Part shown: piece after piece, positions 38,561 through 64,000 of the stretch
Layout of the letters: every line of letters starts with the position of its first letter
Numbering within the stretch: the first letter of the stretch is position 1
Source of the DNA: Macrostomum lignano
Taxonomy: Eukaryota
Direction: 5' to 3'
NCBI GenBank assembly: GCA_002269645.1
Contig: NIVC01000286.1
Coordinates: 310,001 to 374,000, forward strand
Length of the DNA: 64,000 bases
Made by a program: the position numbers and the translations under genes
Notes under the pieces: generated by a model
Databases searched by the model: none
The model's input: only the letters and a program-made list of their open reading frames with translations
What the model was told of the DNA's origin: nothing

Positions 38561-39289
38561 CCCTTCAACAAACCTTTCATTACTCCCATCAACCCTTCAT
38601 TTCTCGAACCCTGCATCCCTGCAAACTCAGCAAGCCCTAATATTTTGTAGTGTAGAGACAGACGGGCTCACACAGGGTGTACAGCGGCCCCGACTTTCTA
38701 AAAGTCAGGCATTGTACATCAAGCCTTGGGGGTTTTCCAATGCCAAACATCAAGGATGGACAAGAACTGCGGGTCTGCGATATCGCAGGGGCTAAAGTCG
38801 AGCTTAATTGCATTAATATCTTCATAATGGAGGTCAGGGCCTCCGAGGCGAAATGAAACCGGATAAGAGAAATGATGGAGTTGATTGCCCAGAATCCCCC
38901 GCCATCCCGGCTGCCCAGCTTCTCCTTACGAGCAATAGCAGCGTCATCCAATCTTGAGAGCTCAAGCCCTGTGTTTTTCTGAGTCGGTTTTGATAGAGTT
39001 TTTTATCGCTGAGTGGCCTCTTCCATATCCCGCCTGACCCTCGGCCGCTGCCGCCCTGAGTGTCAGAAGCTTTGAGACTAATTTAATGCAAAGACTATGA
39101 GGCGCGACGGGTCAAGCCGCCTGCACCAAAATATAAGAATCCAATCAGTGCTAAGCATTAACTGCAAGCTATCCTTGGAGTGGGCCAAGCCTATAATTAA
39201 GACGAATTGGGAAGTTCGGCTTGGAACTGATGGGGATGAGAAACCAATGATAGCCAGTTTTCAACAGTAGCGAAAGCAGGCAAGCAGCG

Positions 39290-39690
39290 ACAAACAACAA
39301 ACAACAAACGACAAACGAAAAACAAAAAGAACAAAGAACATATGTCAAACAGCAGAAAACAAACAACAAAACACAAACAACAAACGACAAACAACAAAGA
39401 ACAAAGAACATATAGCAAACAACAGACAACAAGCAACAAACAACAGACAACAAACAACAATAAACAAACAACAAACAACAAAAACAGACAACAAACGACA
39501 AACAACAGACAACAAACAACAAACAACAAACGACAAAGACTAAAGAACAAGGAGCATATAGCAAACAACAGACAACAATAGACAAACAACAAACAACAAG
39601 TAACAAACAACAATAAACAATAAACAAACAACAAACAACAAGTAACAAACAACAATAAACAATAAACAAACAACAGAAAACAGACAAAAA
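39290..39690. repeat. Degenerate (ACAA)n-rich simple repeat
   Basis: Directly visible. Confidence 0.9.
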
Positions 39691-39982
39691 CAATAAAGAC
39701 TATTTTTTAAAGTCTGACTCAATTGAATAATATGATTTGTCATTTCGGGTAATAGATGTCATAGTCTCTGCTAGTGCCTGTGAGCTGCAGTGACACTCAT
39801 AAATTAGGGCCAGGCCAATGTCAATGTCTAATCGGTGGCTTATTAATGACCCGAGCTGAAATCGAATTCATAGCGCCTCGAAACTGGCCAATAAAATGTC
39901 GATTTTCCCACGGGTCATTCGTTTGAGTTGTCGCTCGGATGAGCAATTTTAATAATTATAACTAATTCTGTTATGCTAGTCA

Positions 39983-40297
<315 letters not shown>

Positions 40298-40974
40298 AGT
40301 AAATTTAGTTTTGAGATATGCAAATGCTTTCAGTCTACAGAATTACGCCAAGCTTCACAGGAGAAAGCAAATTACAAATAAAATATAATTCTGCTGGCTC
40401 TATGAGCTTATAACTATTGAAACTGTCGGCCTCTCAAAAAGGAAAATAAAGCGAGCTTAAGCGAAACTTATTGAGCAAATAAAAGCGGCCACGCCAACGC
40501 GCCTGCAGTCGCGGAGCGGCTCAGCGGAGTAAAAAAGAAGGCACTAACTTAGCGGCCGTCTGCCAGGCTTGGTCGTAAAAGACTGGCAATAAACACTTTC
40601 ACAAATTATGACAAAAAGCCAAACCGCAGCAATGGCTGGGACACAGAGAAAAAAGATATTGCCCCGGGGTGTTAAAAGAAATTAACCAACCGCTTCATAG
40701 GCTGATAAACTTATAAGTGTTTAATACTCTCTTCCTCACGCACAGTTTTGCTGCTTTGGCTTTCTTTAACTTGGCCCGCCAAATATGATTATTGAGGATT
40801 TGAAGGAACTGCAGGCCAAGCCGACTTCACTTCCTCGATCTCTCATATCGCTCCCTCTCGTGGCCTCCGCCCGCATCCAACTACGGTATTGTAGTTGCAT
40901 TGAATGTGTGACAGTCATGGACTTCTAGTTATAGATAGTCTAGCGTCAATTGGATTGGAAACTAATAACTGCGC

Positions 40975-41710
40975 CTCAGATGGCGCCTCTAACATGGCGC
41001 TCCCAGATAATGCCACTCCAAAGATATGTAGCGCCCCCCAGGATGGCGCCCCCCCCCCCAGGGGGGCCGTAGCCCAGCGGTAGCGCAGCTGCTCTGGTGT
41101 GCCGCGACCCAGGCTCGATTCCAAGTGCAGCCATATTAAATTGGGGCTGGATTGGAATCTTGGCTTGGTTCGCTTGTGCAATTAACGGCCTTGAGAGCCA
41201 ACCCCCCAAGGCGCAGTGAAGTGTACATGCCTAACAATTGATAAAGTTAGGGCCGCTGTACACCCCTGTGTGAGTGTGTGCCTGCGTAACGTATCCGCGC
41301 GCTTGTATGCCTGCTCAGGGGAGTCGGCGGAATGGGCAGTAATGCCTCTCGCCGGTTGTGTGCCAATGACGCTTAAATTGCGCCAGGGTGCACACAACCC
41401 CCCTGCCTCTAAAAAAAAAGGATGGCGCCCCCAGGATGGCGCCCCCCAGGATGATGCCCCTAGGATGGCGCCCTTATAAGATGATACCCCCAGGATGGCG
41501 CCCCCATAATGGCGCTCCCCATGATGGCGTCCCCCAGGATGGCGCCCCCAGGATGGCGCCCTTATAAGATGATACCCCCAGGATGGCGCCCCATAATGGC
41601 GCTCCCCATGATGGCGTCCCCCAGGATGGCGCCCCCAGGATGGCGCCCTTATAAGATGGTGCCTCCATGATGGCCTCCCCCAGGATGGCGCCCCCAAGAT
41701 GGCGCCCCCA
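40975..41710. repeat. GGATGGCGCCCC-based minisatellite interrupted by a SINE
   Basis: Units flank both sides of the SINE at 41062-41420. Confidence 0.9.
41062..41420 (+). mobile_element. tRNA-derived SINE (family 2), near full length
   Basis: Head GGGGCCGTAGCCCAGCGGTAG...GGCTCGATTCC (A/B boxes). The body is shared with 45105-45420 (-), 38650-38740 (-) and 51790-52970 (+). A-rich tail. Confidence 0.85.
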
Positions 41711-42164
41711 GAATAAGTTGTAAATTTTTTATCAAGTCCGTTTTTACACAAAAACAAGAGGCAGTTTCTACCTAAATTAGGCAACTATTCAACGCATGCT
41801 TCCGACTTTCTAATCTAATCCGTGTATTAGCTGCACAAGCTTAGCAGCTACGACTCTTTTAAAATCCCTGCTGATTGAATCCTCCATCCTTTAAAGCCAA
41901 AATACTTCTGCAATTAGGACTGCACAACAGCTGCCAAAATGGCACAGTAAAAGCGCAATAGGCGTGAGCGAGAGTCCCATTAAAACACAGTTGCTAAGCA
42001 GCAAAACAAATTCGATAAACGTTCTCTGTGGTCTGGCGCTGAACACTCTACTTATAGTAGCTTTGCAGAAGTAGCTCGTAGTCAAGAAAAAAAAATTAAG
42101 CATGTTAAAATTTATCGAATTTCTTTCTAAAAATTACTGTCTACATGTTTGCCTGTCTGTCTGT

Positions 42165-42400
<236 letters not shown>

Positions 42401-42576
42401 CTGAAACTGTGTCTGCAATTAAATTTCCCGAGGACAACATGATTGGTGCACAGAACAGCTGCAGCAGTGCTCAGTGCTCAGAATAAATGGCAGAGACTGA
42501 GAGTAGCATGTAAGACATTCAATTTTTGTCCAGCCAAACATCGCAAAGCTCCTGATTCAGAGAATAAAGCAAAGAA

Positions 42577-43421
42577 ATGCTGACCAACATCAAATTCTCA
42601 GGTAGGCAGCCGTGTCAGTGTTTTTTTGTGCGATTTCCAGCCCGAGCTCTGCTCGCTGTCCTCTTGGCTGCCTGACTGCCCGGCCCGCCGGTTGCGGCTG
42701 TCGCCCTTCGTGACGCCGTCTGGAGACGCAGAGCTGCCTGAGCGACTCGCTGGCGCTGTGGGCGAGGCCTTCGGGCTCCGGCCTCGACTGCGTTCTCGGA
42801 AGGCTCGAACGGCCTGCTGGTGGCCCAGTTCAACTCGGACACCGCCCAGTGCTCGCTCTTCCAATACACCGCAGTGTGCGACCTCATCGATAGACTCGCT
42901 GCCGCAGAGAGCTCGCTGTCGTCCAAGATGTGGCTGGAGAACGTGGAGTTCGCGAATCTGCAGCAGGGACTCACGTGGCTGGTCAGGCTCAAGCGGGAGG
43001 CTAAAGCGTCAATGCTACTTGAGACGCACCTGTGTGGCACTAATAATGTGCTTGCGTGTTTTTGGATTGGACAGCCGGCTGCTTTTGGTCTGTACTTTTA
43101 TAGAGCTGCTTTGAATCTTTCGGATTTCAGCACTTGTCCAACAACTGTGTCATTTAACTCGACTGAGTTCGTTGAAGTGGGCGTCACATCGGCGGCCATC
43201 GACAGCCGAGTGTTCTTCTCGAAGTCGGCGTTCGTGCCGCCAGGGCAGGTGTCTAATGGGTATTTTACACTCGACCATCGATTCCTGACGCGTTCTGCAT
43301 CCGGGTGAGCTATCGAAATGGCAACTCGCGAATGCTTGAAGGCACCGTGCAGTCCTTGGCCATCATGAGAGACACGATGACTGCCGCTGAGATCAACAGC
43401 TTCTTTGGTCTGGCGCGCTAA
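42577..43421 (+). pseudogene. Disabled secreted-protein gene: signal peptide, apple/PAN-like Cys pattern, LamG-like C-terminus
   Basis: ATG at 42577, 39-nt intron 42602-42640, MLTNIKFS|ARALLAVLLAA. Pieces RRLETQSCLSDSLALWARPSGSGLDC, AQFNSDTAQCSLFQYTAVC and MLEGTVQSLAIMRDTMTAAEINSF* lie in different frames with stops. The domain calls are tentative. Confidence 0.5.
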
Positions 43422-43469
43422 GAGGACTTCTGAGTTCTTTTGTAATCTTACATTGGTTATGTTATTTGA

Positions 43470-43865
43470 CTTTGTCAGCTCTGTTTGTAACACTGTCAGC
43501 TCTGTTTGTAAAACTGTCGGCTCTGTTTGTGACACTGTCAGCTCTGTTTGTAATATTGTCAGCTTTGTTTGTAATACTGTCAGCTCTGTTTGTAACACTG
43601 TCAGCTCTGTTTGTAATATTGTCAGCTTTGTTTGTAATACTGTCAGCTCTGTTTGTAATATTGTCAGCTCTGTTTGTAACACTGTCAGCTCTGTTTGTAA
43701 TATTGTCAGCTTTGTTTGTAATACTGTCAGCTCTGTTTGTAATATTGTCAGCTTTGTTTGTAACACTGTCAGCTCTGTTTGTAATATTGTCAGCTTTGTT
43801 TGTAACACTGTCAGCTCTGTTTGTAATATTGTCAGCTCTGTTTGTAATACTGTCAGCTCTGTTTA
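43470..43865. repeat. Minisatellite, 21-bp unit ACTGTCAGCTCTGTTTGTAAC
   Basis: Tandem copies are visible. Confidence 0.96.
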
Positions 43866-45104
43866 CACTTAATTTGAGCCTTAGGTTGAGATTGGAGCAT
43901 TATCAGGGGTAGATTGGAGCACTATCAGGTTGAGATTGGAGCATTATCAGGGTAAGATTGGAAGAAGAAGAAGAAGAAGCAACTGATAGAACTTAAGAAG
44001 CAGCTCTGAGTGTTTGTTCACCCAAAAATGGGGTTCCGGCCGAATTTAAGCTGTTCCTCTTTCTGTAGTGTATTATTCTCGACCGATCTTGTCTATGGCA
44101 AAAGCCTTTAAGCGCAGTGCAAAAATCCGTTTAGAAAACACAAACTGTGTTGTGAGCTTTGCCCATCTCTAATAAAAAACTGTTTCAAACTTCAAAGTGA
44201 AACGAATTTTCTGAATAAATTCTGATCCCTAAGCTACTCAGTACTGGGCGTCTCATTAGGATTTTTTTTTCTAAATTTGCGCGCCAAGTAAAACAGCTAA
44301 TCTTTTTTTGAAGACAATCCCTGGAAGCTCATAAACACATACATGTACAAACGCGCCAATACTTTCTAATCGGTCAGGCATGTTTCGTGCAGAGGCTAAT
44401 ATTCCTGGGTCGAGTCTCCTAGATTCCAAAGGTCAAATTGCTTGGACAAAAAATGATTCGGTAAAAAAGATTTATAGCTAGGCAAAGAATGGGGCCCTAA
44501 GAAGCGATCGAGACAGACGGTATTTCCCGGGAAAAGAAGAGTAATTAATCACAAAAAATGATTGACTTCCGAGGAAGGGACAGAGACTGTCTGTCTGCCT
44601 GTACGAGGGCTGCAATGTATGGCAGGTGGAATATATGAAAGCTGTGAGCTCACCCTAGATTTAGCGTTCTTTGAGCAGGCAGATTTGACTAGTAGGGGAT
44701 TGAGGGAACGCTTCGGGGAGCACTAGGGAAAAGAGGGGAGAAAAAAATAAGATAAATCCCAGCGACAAGAGAGCGTCCTGACTGATTTGAGGCTGCCGCA
44801 AGAGTAATGAGATCAGTGGGGAATTCTGATTTCGGCTTCTGGCCAGTTCCACTAGGGGGAGCTAAGGAAGAGCTTGGAAGCGAGGCGCGGTAGATTGAGA
44901 AAAATCCCCAATTCCTTACCCCTGCTGGGCCAAGGACGCCTTATAGGGTAGGGATCTGGAGTTGCTTCTCTTCAATTCATCCTCTCAAATATATTGCGTT
45001 GGATTGAAATATACATTTCGAATCTTTCGACATTCTCGTATAACAAAAAATATTTGACTCTAATTTCAAATAAAAAGTTACAATGCCTACATTTCCTGTT
45101 TTTA

Positions 45105-45420
45105 TTAGACGGGGGGCTGCTCCGCCGACTCCCCTGAGCAGGCACAGAAGCGCGCGGATACGTACGCAGTCACACGCACATGCACACACTCACACAGGAG
45201 TGTACAACGGCCCTAACTTTATTTATCGTTAGGCATGTACACTTCACTGTGCCTTGGGGGGTTGGCTCTCAAGCTGGGCGTTAATTGCACGAGCAGAGCC
45301 AAGCCGAGATTCCAATTAAAACCTAAATTAATGTGACGATTGCACTTGGAATCGAGCCTGGGCCGCTGGCACACGAGAGCGCCGCGCTTTCCATTCCAGA
45401 CTCTCAATCCTTATAGTAAT
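45105..45420 (-). mobile_element. tRNA-derived SINE (family 2), just upstream of the receptor ATG
   Basis: Its reverse complement aligns to 41090-41330 (CCCAGGCTCGATTCCAAGTGCA, CCCCAAGGCACAGTGAAGTGTACATGCCTAAC). Confidence 0.85.
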
Positions 45421-45528
45421 CCATGGACTGCAGCTCGCATACATAGCTTGCCATTCTATTTCCCGATCTCGCAGCAGATCTCTCCTCTAGGAGCAGTTTA
45501 TTTCTTCGCTTCGTCTGCTTTTCAAGGC

Positions 45529-45927
45529 ATGGAAACAAAACATTTGCCGCTTCTGCTGCTGCTCATAGCATGCGTGTTGATGCAGCACGGAGGCTGGGCA
45601 AGCTCTCAGCATCATCGACTCAGGCAGCTGCAGCGACAGCAGCAGCAGAGACTGCTGATGAGGCAGCGGCTGCTGGAACAACAGAGACGCCAAATTTTCG
45701 ACGCTTCGTCATCAGCCAACGGATGCTGGGACGATGAAGCTGCAACTAACGAAGTGAACCTCACGGCTAGCGGAGGCGGCAGCGGCGGCCACATGAACTA
45801 TGAGCACACGGTGTTCGACATGATCAGAGAGTCCTGCACGCCGGACTCGAGGCCCGTTTACAATGCGTCTGTGCCTGTCATAGTGTACTTTGCTGCATCG
45901 CTGACACAGATTCTCGGCTTTGATGTG

Positions 45928-45970
<43 letters not shown>

Positions 45971-47830
45971 CAGTCAGTCAGTCAGTCAGTCAGTCAGTCA
46001 GTCAGTCAGTCAGTCAGTCAGTCAGTCAGTCAGTCAGTCAGTCAGTCAGTCAGTCAGTCAGTCAGTCAGTCAGTCAGTCAGTCAGTCAGTCAGTCAGTCA
46101 GTCAGTCAGTCAGTCAGTCAGTCAGTCAGTCAGTCAGTCAGTCAGTCAGTCAGTCAGTCAGTCAGTCAGTCAGTCAGTCAGTCAGTCAGTCAGTCAGTCA
46201 GTCAGTCAGTCAGTCAGTCAGTCAGTCAGTCAGTCAGTCAGTCAGTCAGTCAGTCAGTCAGTCAGTCAGTCAGTTAGTTAACAGCCAGCAATTCAACCTG
46301 GCCATTGGCAGGAGCGGAAGCAGATTCTCACGGCCAACTTCTGGGTGGTAGTCGAGTACGCGGACGAAAGAATCCGGTGGAAAACCAGCCGAGTCGCCAT
46401 GCAGAGCGTCACGCTGCCCTCGAGGGACATCTGGCTACCGGACCTGGTGCTGTATAACACAGCCGGAGACTATGTGGGCTATTTTCCCACCGATATTTCG
46501 GTGTCAATCAGCAGCAACGGCACGATTAAATGGATGCCCGCCGTCACTTCAAAGAGCCACTGCGCTGTGGATCTGACTCTGTTCCCTTTTGATAGGTAGA
46601 TTCCTATTTTAGTTTTTCCTATTCTATTTTATTCTATTCTATTGTGTTCTATTCTATTATATTCTATCCCAGGCAGCTCTGCAGCCTGAAATTCGCCAGC
46701 TGGACCTACGACATGTCCCAGCTGGACCTCCGGGTCCATCCCAGCATGAAGCCAGTGCTGAAAGAGTTCAGCATCCAGCACGGAGAATGGAATGTCACTC
46801 GAGTCTGGCTGGGCAGAAACCTCACCAGCTACCCTCTGCTAGCGAACGCGTTCAGCGAAGTGATCGTGTACATCTGCATGCGCAGGCACTCTGTCTTCTA
46901 TTTGGTTAATGTTGCCCTGCCAACTCTGGTCTTCATCTGCGTGACCTTTTTCTCTTACTGGGTGCCGTTCAGCTCCGGGGAGAAGGTCACGTTCTGCGTG
47001 AGCATGATGACTACATTCTCTATCTATTCTACTTTGCTGGTTAACAAGTTGCCAACTACATCGGATTCTGTTGCTATACTAAGCTCGCTGGTTGCTATGG
47101 GGATGGTCAACGCCAGCGTAGCAACGGCTTCGTCGGTGATGTCGCTGAAACTGGTCAGCTATCGGCATCGGCCGTCGGGACTGCTTAAACGCATTATCAT
47201 TGCGTGCGGAGGTACGCTATTCTGAGTATTTCATTATATTTATACTTGTGCTTGTCGCCCAACAGAGTCTCCTTCTGTCTAAAGCTGGACGCTGATTGGC
47301 TAGCGAAACAAAGGCTCTCTCTCACCCAGCTGTTCGCTGATTGGCTGGCTCAACAGAGTATCTCTAACCCATGCTGAATTGCTGATTATCTTGGCTGGCT
47401 GAACCAACAGCCACTTTCTCTACCCCTGCTGTTTGCTGATTGGCTGGACAAACAGATTCTCTCATCCCCCGTCCTGACAGAGCGAGAACTCACCAGCCTA
47501 GCCAATTACCGTCGCTACGTAGAGCGCTCCAAAATCAACGAGTTAGACTCCGAGGATGAAGTCGAACTTATGCGTCAGGCAGCTTCGTCTAGCGAGCAGC
47601 CGCGTGATCTGCTCGAAGCCAAAGAGCGCCAGATTTTGCAAGCGTCGCGTCAGTTTCTGCGAGACTCTGGACGGATCGACTGGCTGAACCAGCTGCGCGC
47701 AGTCCAGTGGCACGTGGCCGCTAGCGTTGTTGAACGAGTCGTCGGCACGGCATCCTGCGTCATGACCGCCCTGTGTTTCGGCGTCATGTACTGGAAGGTA
47801 GCCAACTTTCAGCCAACTAACGATTGTTGA
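45529..47830 (+). CDS. Cys-loop ligand-gated ion channel, nicotinic acetylcholine receptor-like, non-alpha subunit
   Basis: Exons: 45529-45924, 46312-46595, 46673-47211, 47481-47830 (a small extra exon at ~47268 is possible). Signal peptide, WLPDLVLYN, Cys-loop CAVDLTLFPFDRQLC, FASWTY, M1-M3 with GEK, and M4 preceded by WHVAASVVER. No vicinal CC in loop C. Confidence 0.93.
45929..46278. repeat. (TTAG)n(TCAG)n compound microsatellite filling receptor intron 1
   Basis: Begins directly from the GTGAGT donor. Confidence 0.99.
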
Positions 47831-48097
47831 GACATGAGAACCTGTAAAAACTAGACACGTCACCCAAGAAGACAAGACAGGACAAGGACTCGTTTATTGC
47901 TCTTTTAACCCCGAGCTGGACCCCTCCTGGCGCGTCGTTCCACACAAAATCTCTTACCCCAGACACGCTGCCGCTGCCCAATTTTATTGCCCTCCCGGCC
48001 CAGTGTTCCAGCCTAAACCTGAAATGTACATTCTCTATGGCCCCGGCTAATATACATTACGGTTTGCACTAATAGCCCGTTGTTTACGCCTCCACCA
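47825..48097 (-). mobile_element. Possible solo LTR
   Basis: TG...CA termini. On - there is a TATA-like TAAAAGAG followed by AATAAA near the end. No TSD found. Confidence 0.3.
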
Positions 48098-48099
48098 AG

Positions 48100-48340
48100 T
48101 CACTCCCAGCTGCGTACGCTGAAGGCTGCGTACGGCTGGCTGCTGCTCAGTCCAAGGACTGGGGGGGGGGGGGGTTGCACACAGCCTTAATTACCCCCAG
48201 CTAATGCTGGCACCCATTTTACAGCTGGGTGAACTGAAGTAATGCAGAGTTAAGTGTCTTGCTCAAGGACACAAATTATTCCGACCGGGTTGAGAATCGA
48301 ACTCCTGACTTTTCAGTCGTGAGTCACATTACTTTTAGCT
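48100..48340 (-). mobile_element. tRNA-derived SINE with CORE-like domain
   Basis: On -: GGAGTTCGATTC B-box, then TGTGTCCTTGAGCAAGACACTTAAC...CAGCTGTAAAATGGG, which resembles the MIR/CORE consensus. Same family as 8118-8475. Confidence 0.8.
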
Positions 48341-48764
48341 ACTGAACTGAAATAGAAACCGTTTTTTTCACAAAAAATATGAAAGACTTTTACAATACCA
48401 GGTAAAATGCATTGCACTGAAACCTCACTTAATCATGATTACATATAATTTCAGCCTGTTCATAAAACTCAGCTAAACACACGGATTACCTTGAGATTCC
48501 TATAAAACGGAAAAGTTTTTTCTCGCTAATACGCTTGGATGATTGCTTTGCAGTAAAAATCCTGTCTCCAGCGAAATTTGTATCAAATGCGTGTTTTTAT
48601 GTATTTTGAACTAACTGTTCCCTTATATAGTCAACTGCTTCAGAAATGTTGTAGTAATATTTTCAAAGGCGATAAGATTACACAGAAATTGTCATTTTAT
48701 GTACTAAAATAAAGCAACTAATAAATCTATTAGAGTAACGTATTGCAAGATTCAGAGGAAGTAC

Positions 48765-49010
48765 GAGCGCCAGCCAATCAGTTAGGGGTAGGAAAATATT
48801 GGAAAGTTGAGCCAGCCAATTAGGGAACAGTTGGGGGTACGGAATATTTGAAAGTTGAGCCAGCCAATTAGGGATCAGTTAGGGGTAGAAAAAATATTAA
48901 AAATTTGAGCCAGCCAATTAGGGAACAGTTGGGAATAGGAAAGATAGGAAAGTCAAGCCAGCCAATAAGGAGCAGTTGGGGGTAGAAAATAGTTAAATCG
49001 TTGACCCAGC
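48765..49010. repeat. ~60-bp tandem repeat containing AGCCAGCCAAT
   Basis: Four to five diverged copies. Confidence 0.85.
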
Positions 49011-49608
49011 AAGAGAAAACTAGTGCATGCAGTAAGATTAGGAGTTTTAATGACTAAAATTAAGCCAGTATCAAAATTTAAGATGTACGAATCTCTAGCA
49101 GCGCAGAAAGGAGGCCAGTTCGAGTTAATTTTTTATTTTTCAGACAAATTTTTACTGTCAATATTTTTGTTAAAACTTTTGTTTCTAATGTACTTAAGCT
49201 ACAATTCGAATGGTTAAAACAAACTCATAATCGATAAGAATTCGAAATCAATCGTGGAAGTACGATTCAGCAAGTAGAAAACATTTACAAAAGCAAATTT
49301 GAAACAGTACACAGATGTGGTTAAATAATGGTAAAGGTAGACGCCTGGTTTTGAAAACATTGTTAACCCTCGACTTCTACTGTAAATGTATAATAAAAAC
49401 TGTCAGGGAAGATAAACTACTGGTCATAGTAGTAGCGAGGATGCATGAAATGTTTCATAAGTTATAGAAGCTCTGTACGCTCGTATGATTTTAAGTTACT
49501 AATATGAGTTTTTTAATCACTGCGAAGTTTATCAGCTTGATTGGGTCGGATTGACTTTAGTTTGGCATGCAAGTTTAACAATTGAGGGTAAAAAGCTGGC
49601 CTACTGAT

Positions 49609-63211
<13,603 letters not shown>

Positions 63212-63269
63212 GGCGGGGAGGTTTGTACTTTTATGTAACCTGGATTACCTGTTGATTCCTTGGTAGGAA

Positions 63270-64000
63270 ATCTCTGATTCCATATCCCTGATCCCATTAT
63301 CTTAGATCCCCGATTCTTGATCCCATTATCGTAGATCCCCTATTCTTGATCCCAATATTGTAGATCCCCGATTCCACGATTTTTTATCCCATTATCTTAC
63401 ATCCCCGATTCTTGATCCCATTATTTTAGATCCCTGATTCTTGATCCCATTCCCAGATTTTTGATCCCATTCCCTGATTTTTGATCCCATTCCCTGATTC
63501 TTGATCCCATTCCCTGATTCTTGATCCCATTCCCTGATTCTTGATCCCATTCCCTGATTCTTGATCCCATTCCCTGATTCTTGATCCCATTCCCTGATTC
63601 TTGATCCCATTCCCTGATTCTTGATCCCATTCCCTGATTCTTGATCCCATTATCTTTTATCGCAGATTCTTGATTCCATAATCTTAGATGCCTGATTCTT
63701 GATCCCATTCCCCGATTCCTGATCCCATTCCCTGATTCTTGATCCCATTATCTTTTATCGCAGATTCTTGATTCCATAATCTTAGATGCCTGATTCTTGA
63801 TCCCATTCCCCGATTCCTGATTCCATTCCCCGATTCTTGATCCCATTCTCTGATTCTTGATCCCATTCCCTGATTCTTGATCCCATTCCCTGATTCTTGA
63901 TCCCATTCTCTGATTCTTGATCCCATTCCCTGATTCTTGATCCCATTCCCTGATTCTTGATCCCATTCCCTGATTCTTGATCCCATTCCCTGATTCTTGA
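63270..64000. repeat. 20-bp minisatellite TGATCCCATTCCCTGATTCT
   Basis: Directly visible and runs off the window end. Confidence 0.97.

Noticed and set aside
38637-38951. 104-aa ORF on -
   Set aside because: Its 3' third is SINE sequence and it has no recognisable domain.
43098-43912. Coiled-coil-like (TELTVLQ)n ORF
   Set aside because: It derives from the 21-bp array read into the antisense strand of the neighbouring pseudogene.

Overview
This is eukaryotic (metazoan) genomic DNA with spliceosomal introns, Ala/Gln-rich exons and introns packed with minisatellites. The style fits a flatworm such as Macrostomum, but that is inference only. Four protein-coding genes can be assembled with phase-consistent GT-AG junctions: (1) an Ikaros-like C2H2 zinc-finger factor (-, 7242-13291); (2) Nkx6 (-, 26224-33286); (3) a divergent non-alpha nicotinic-type Cys-loop receptor with a natural Thr at the M2 9' gate (+, 45529-47830); (4) a large protein joining seven I-set Ig domains to a smoothelin motif and a C-terminal CH domain (-, 49609-63211 or further upstream). 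A disabled secreted apple/LamG-like gene lies at 42577-43421. Mobile DNA includes an RNase H-bearing LINE remnant, a non-autonomous Helitron, an Ingi/Vingi-like LINE with a 2A-like motif, a gypsy LTR-gag remnant, several hAT-like MITEs and two tRNA-derived SINE families. There are also about 25 tandem arrays, which account for most of the long ORFs in the supplied track. All family assignments come from manual motif recognition; no database search was run.
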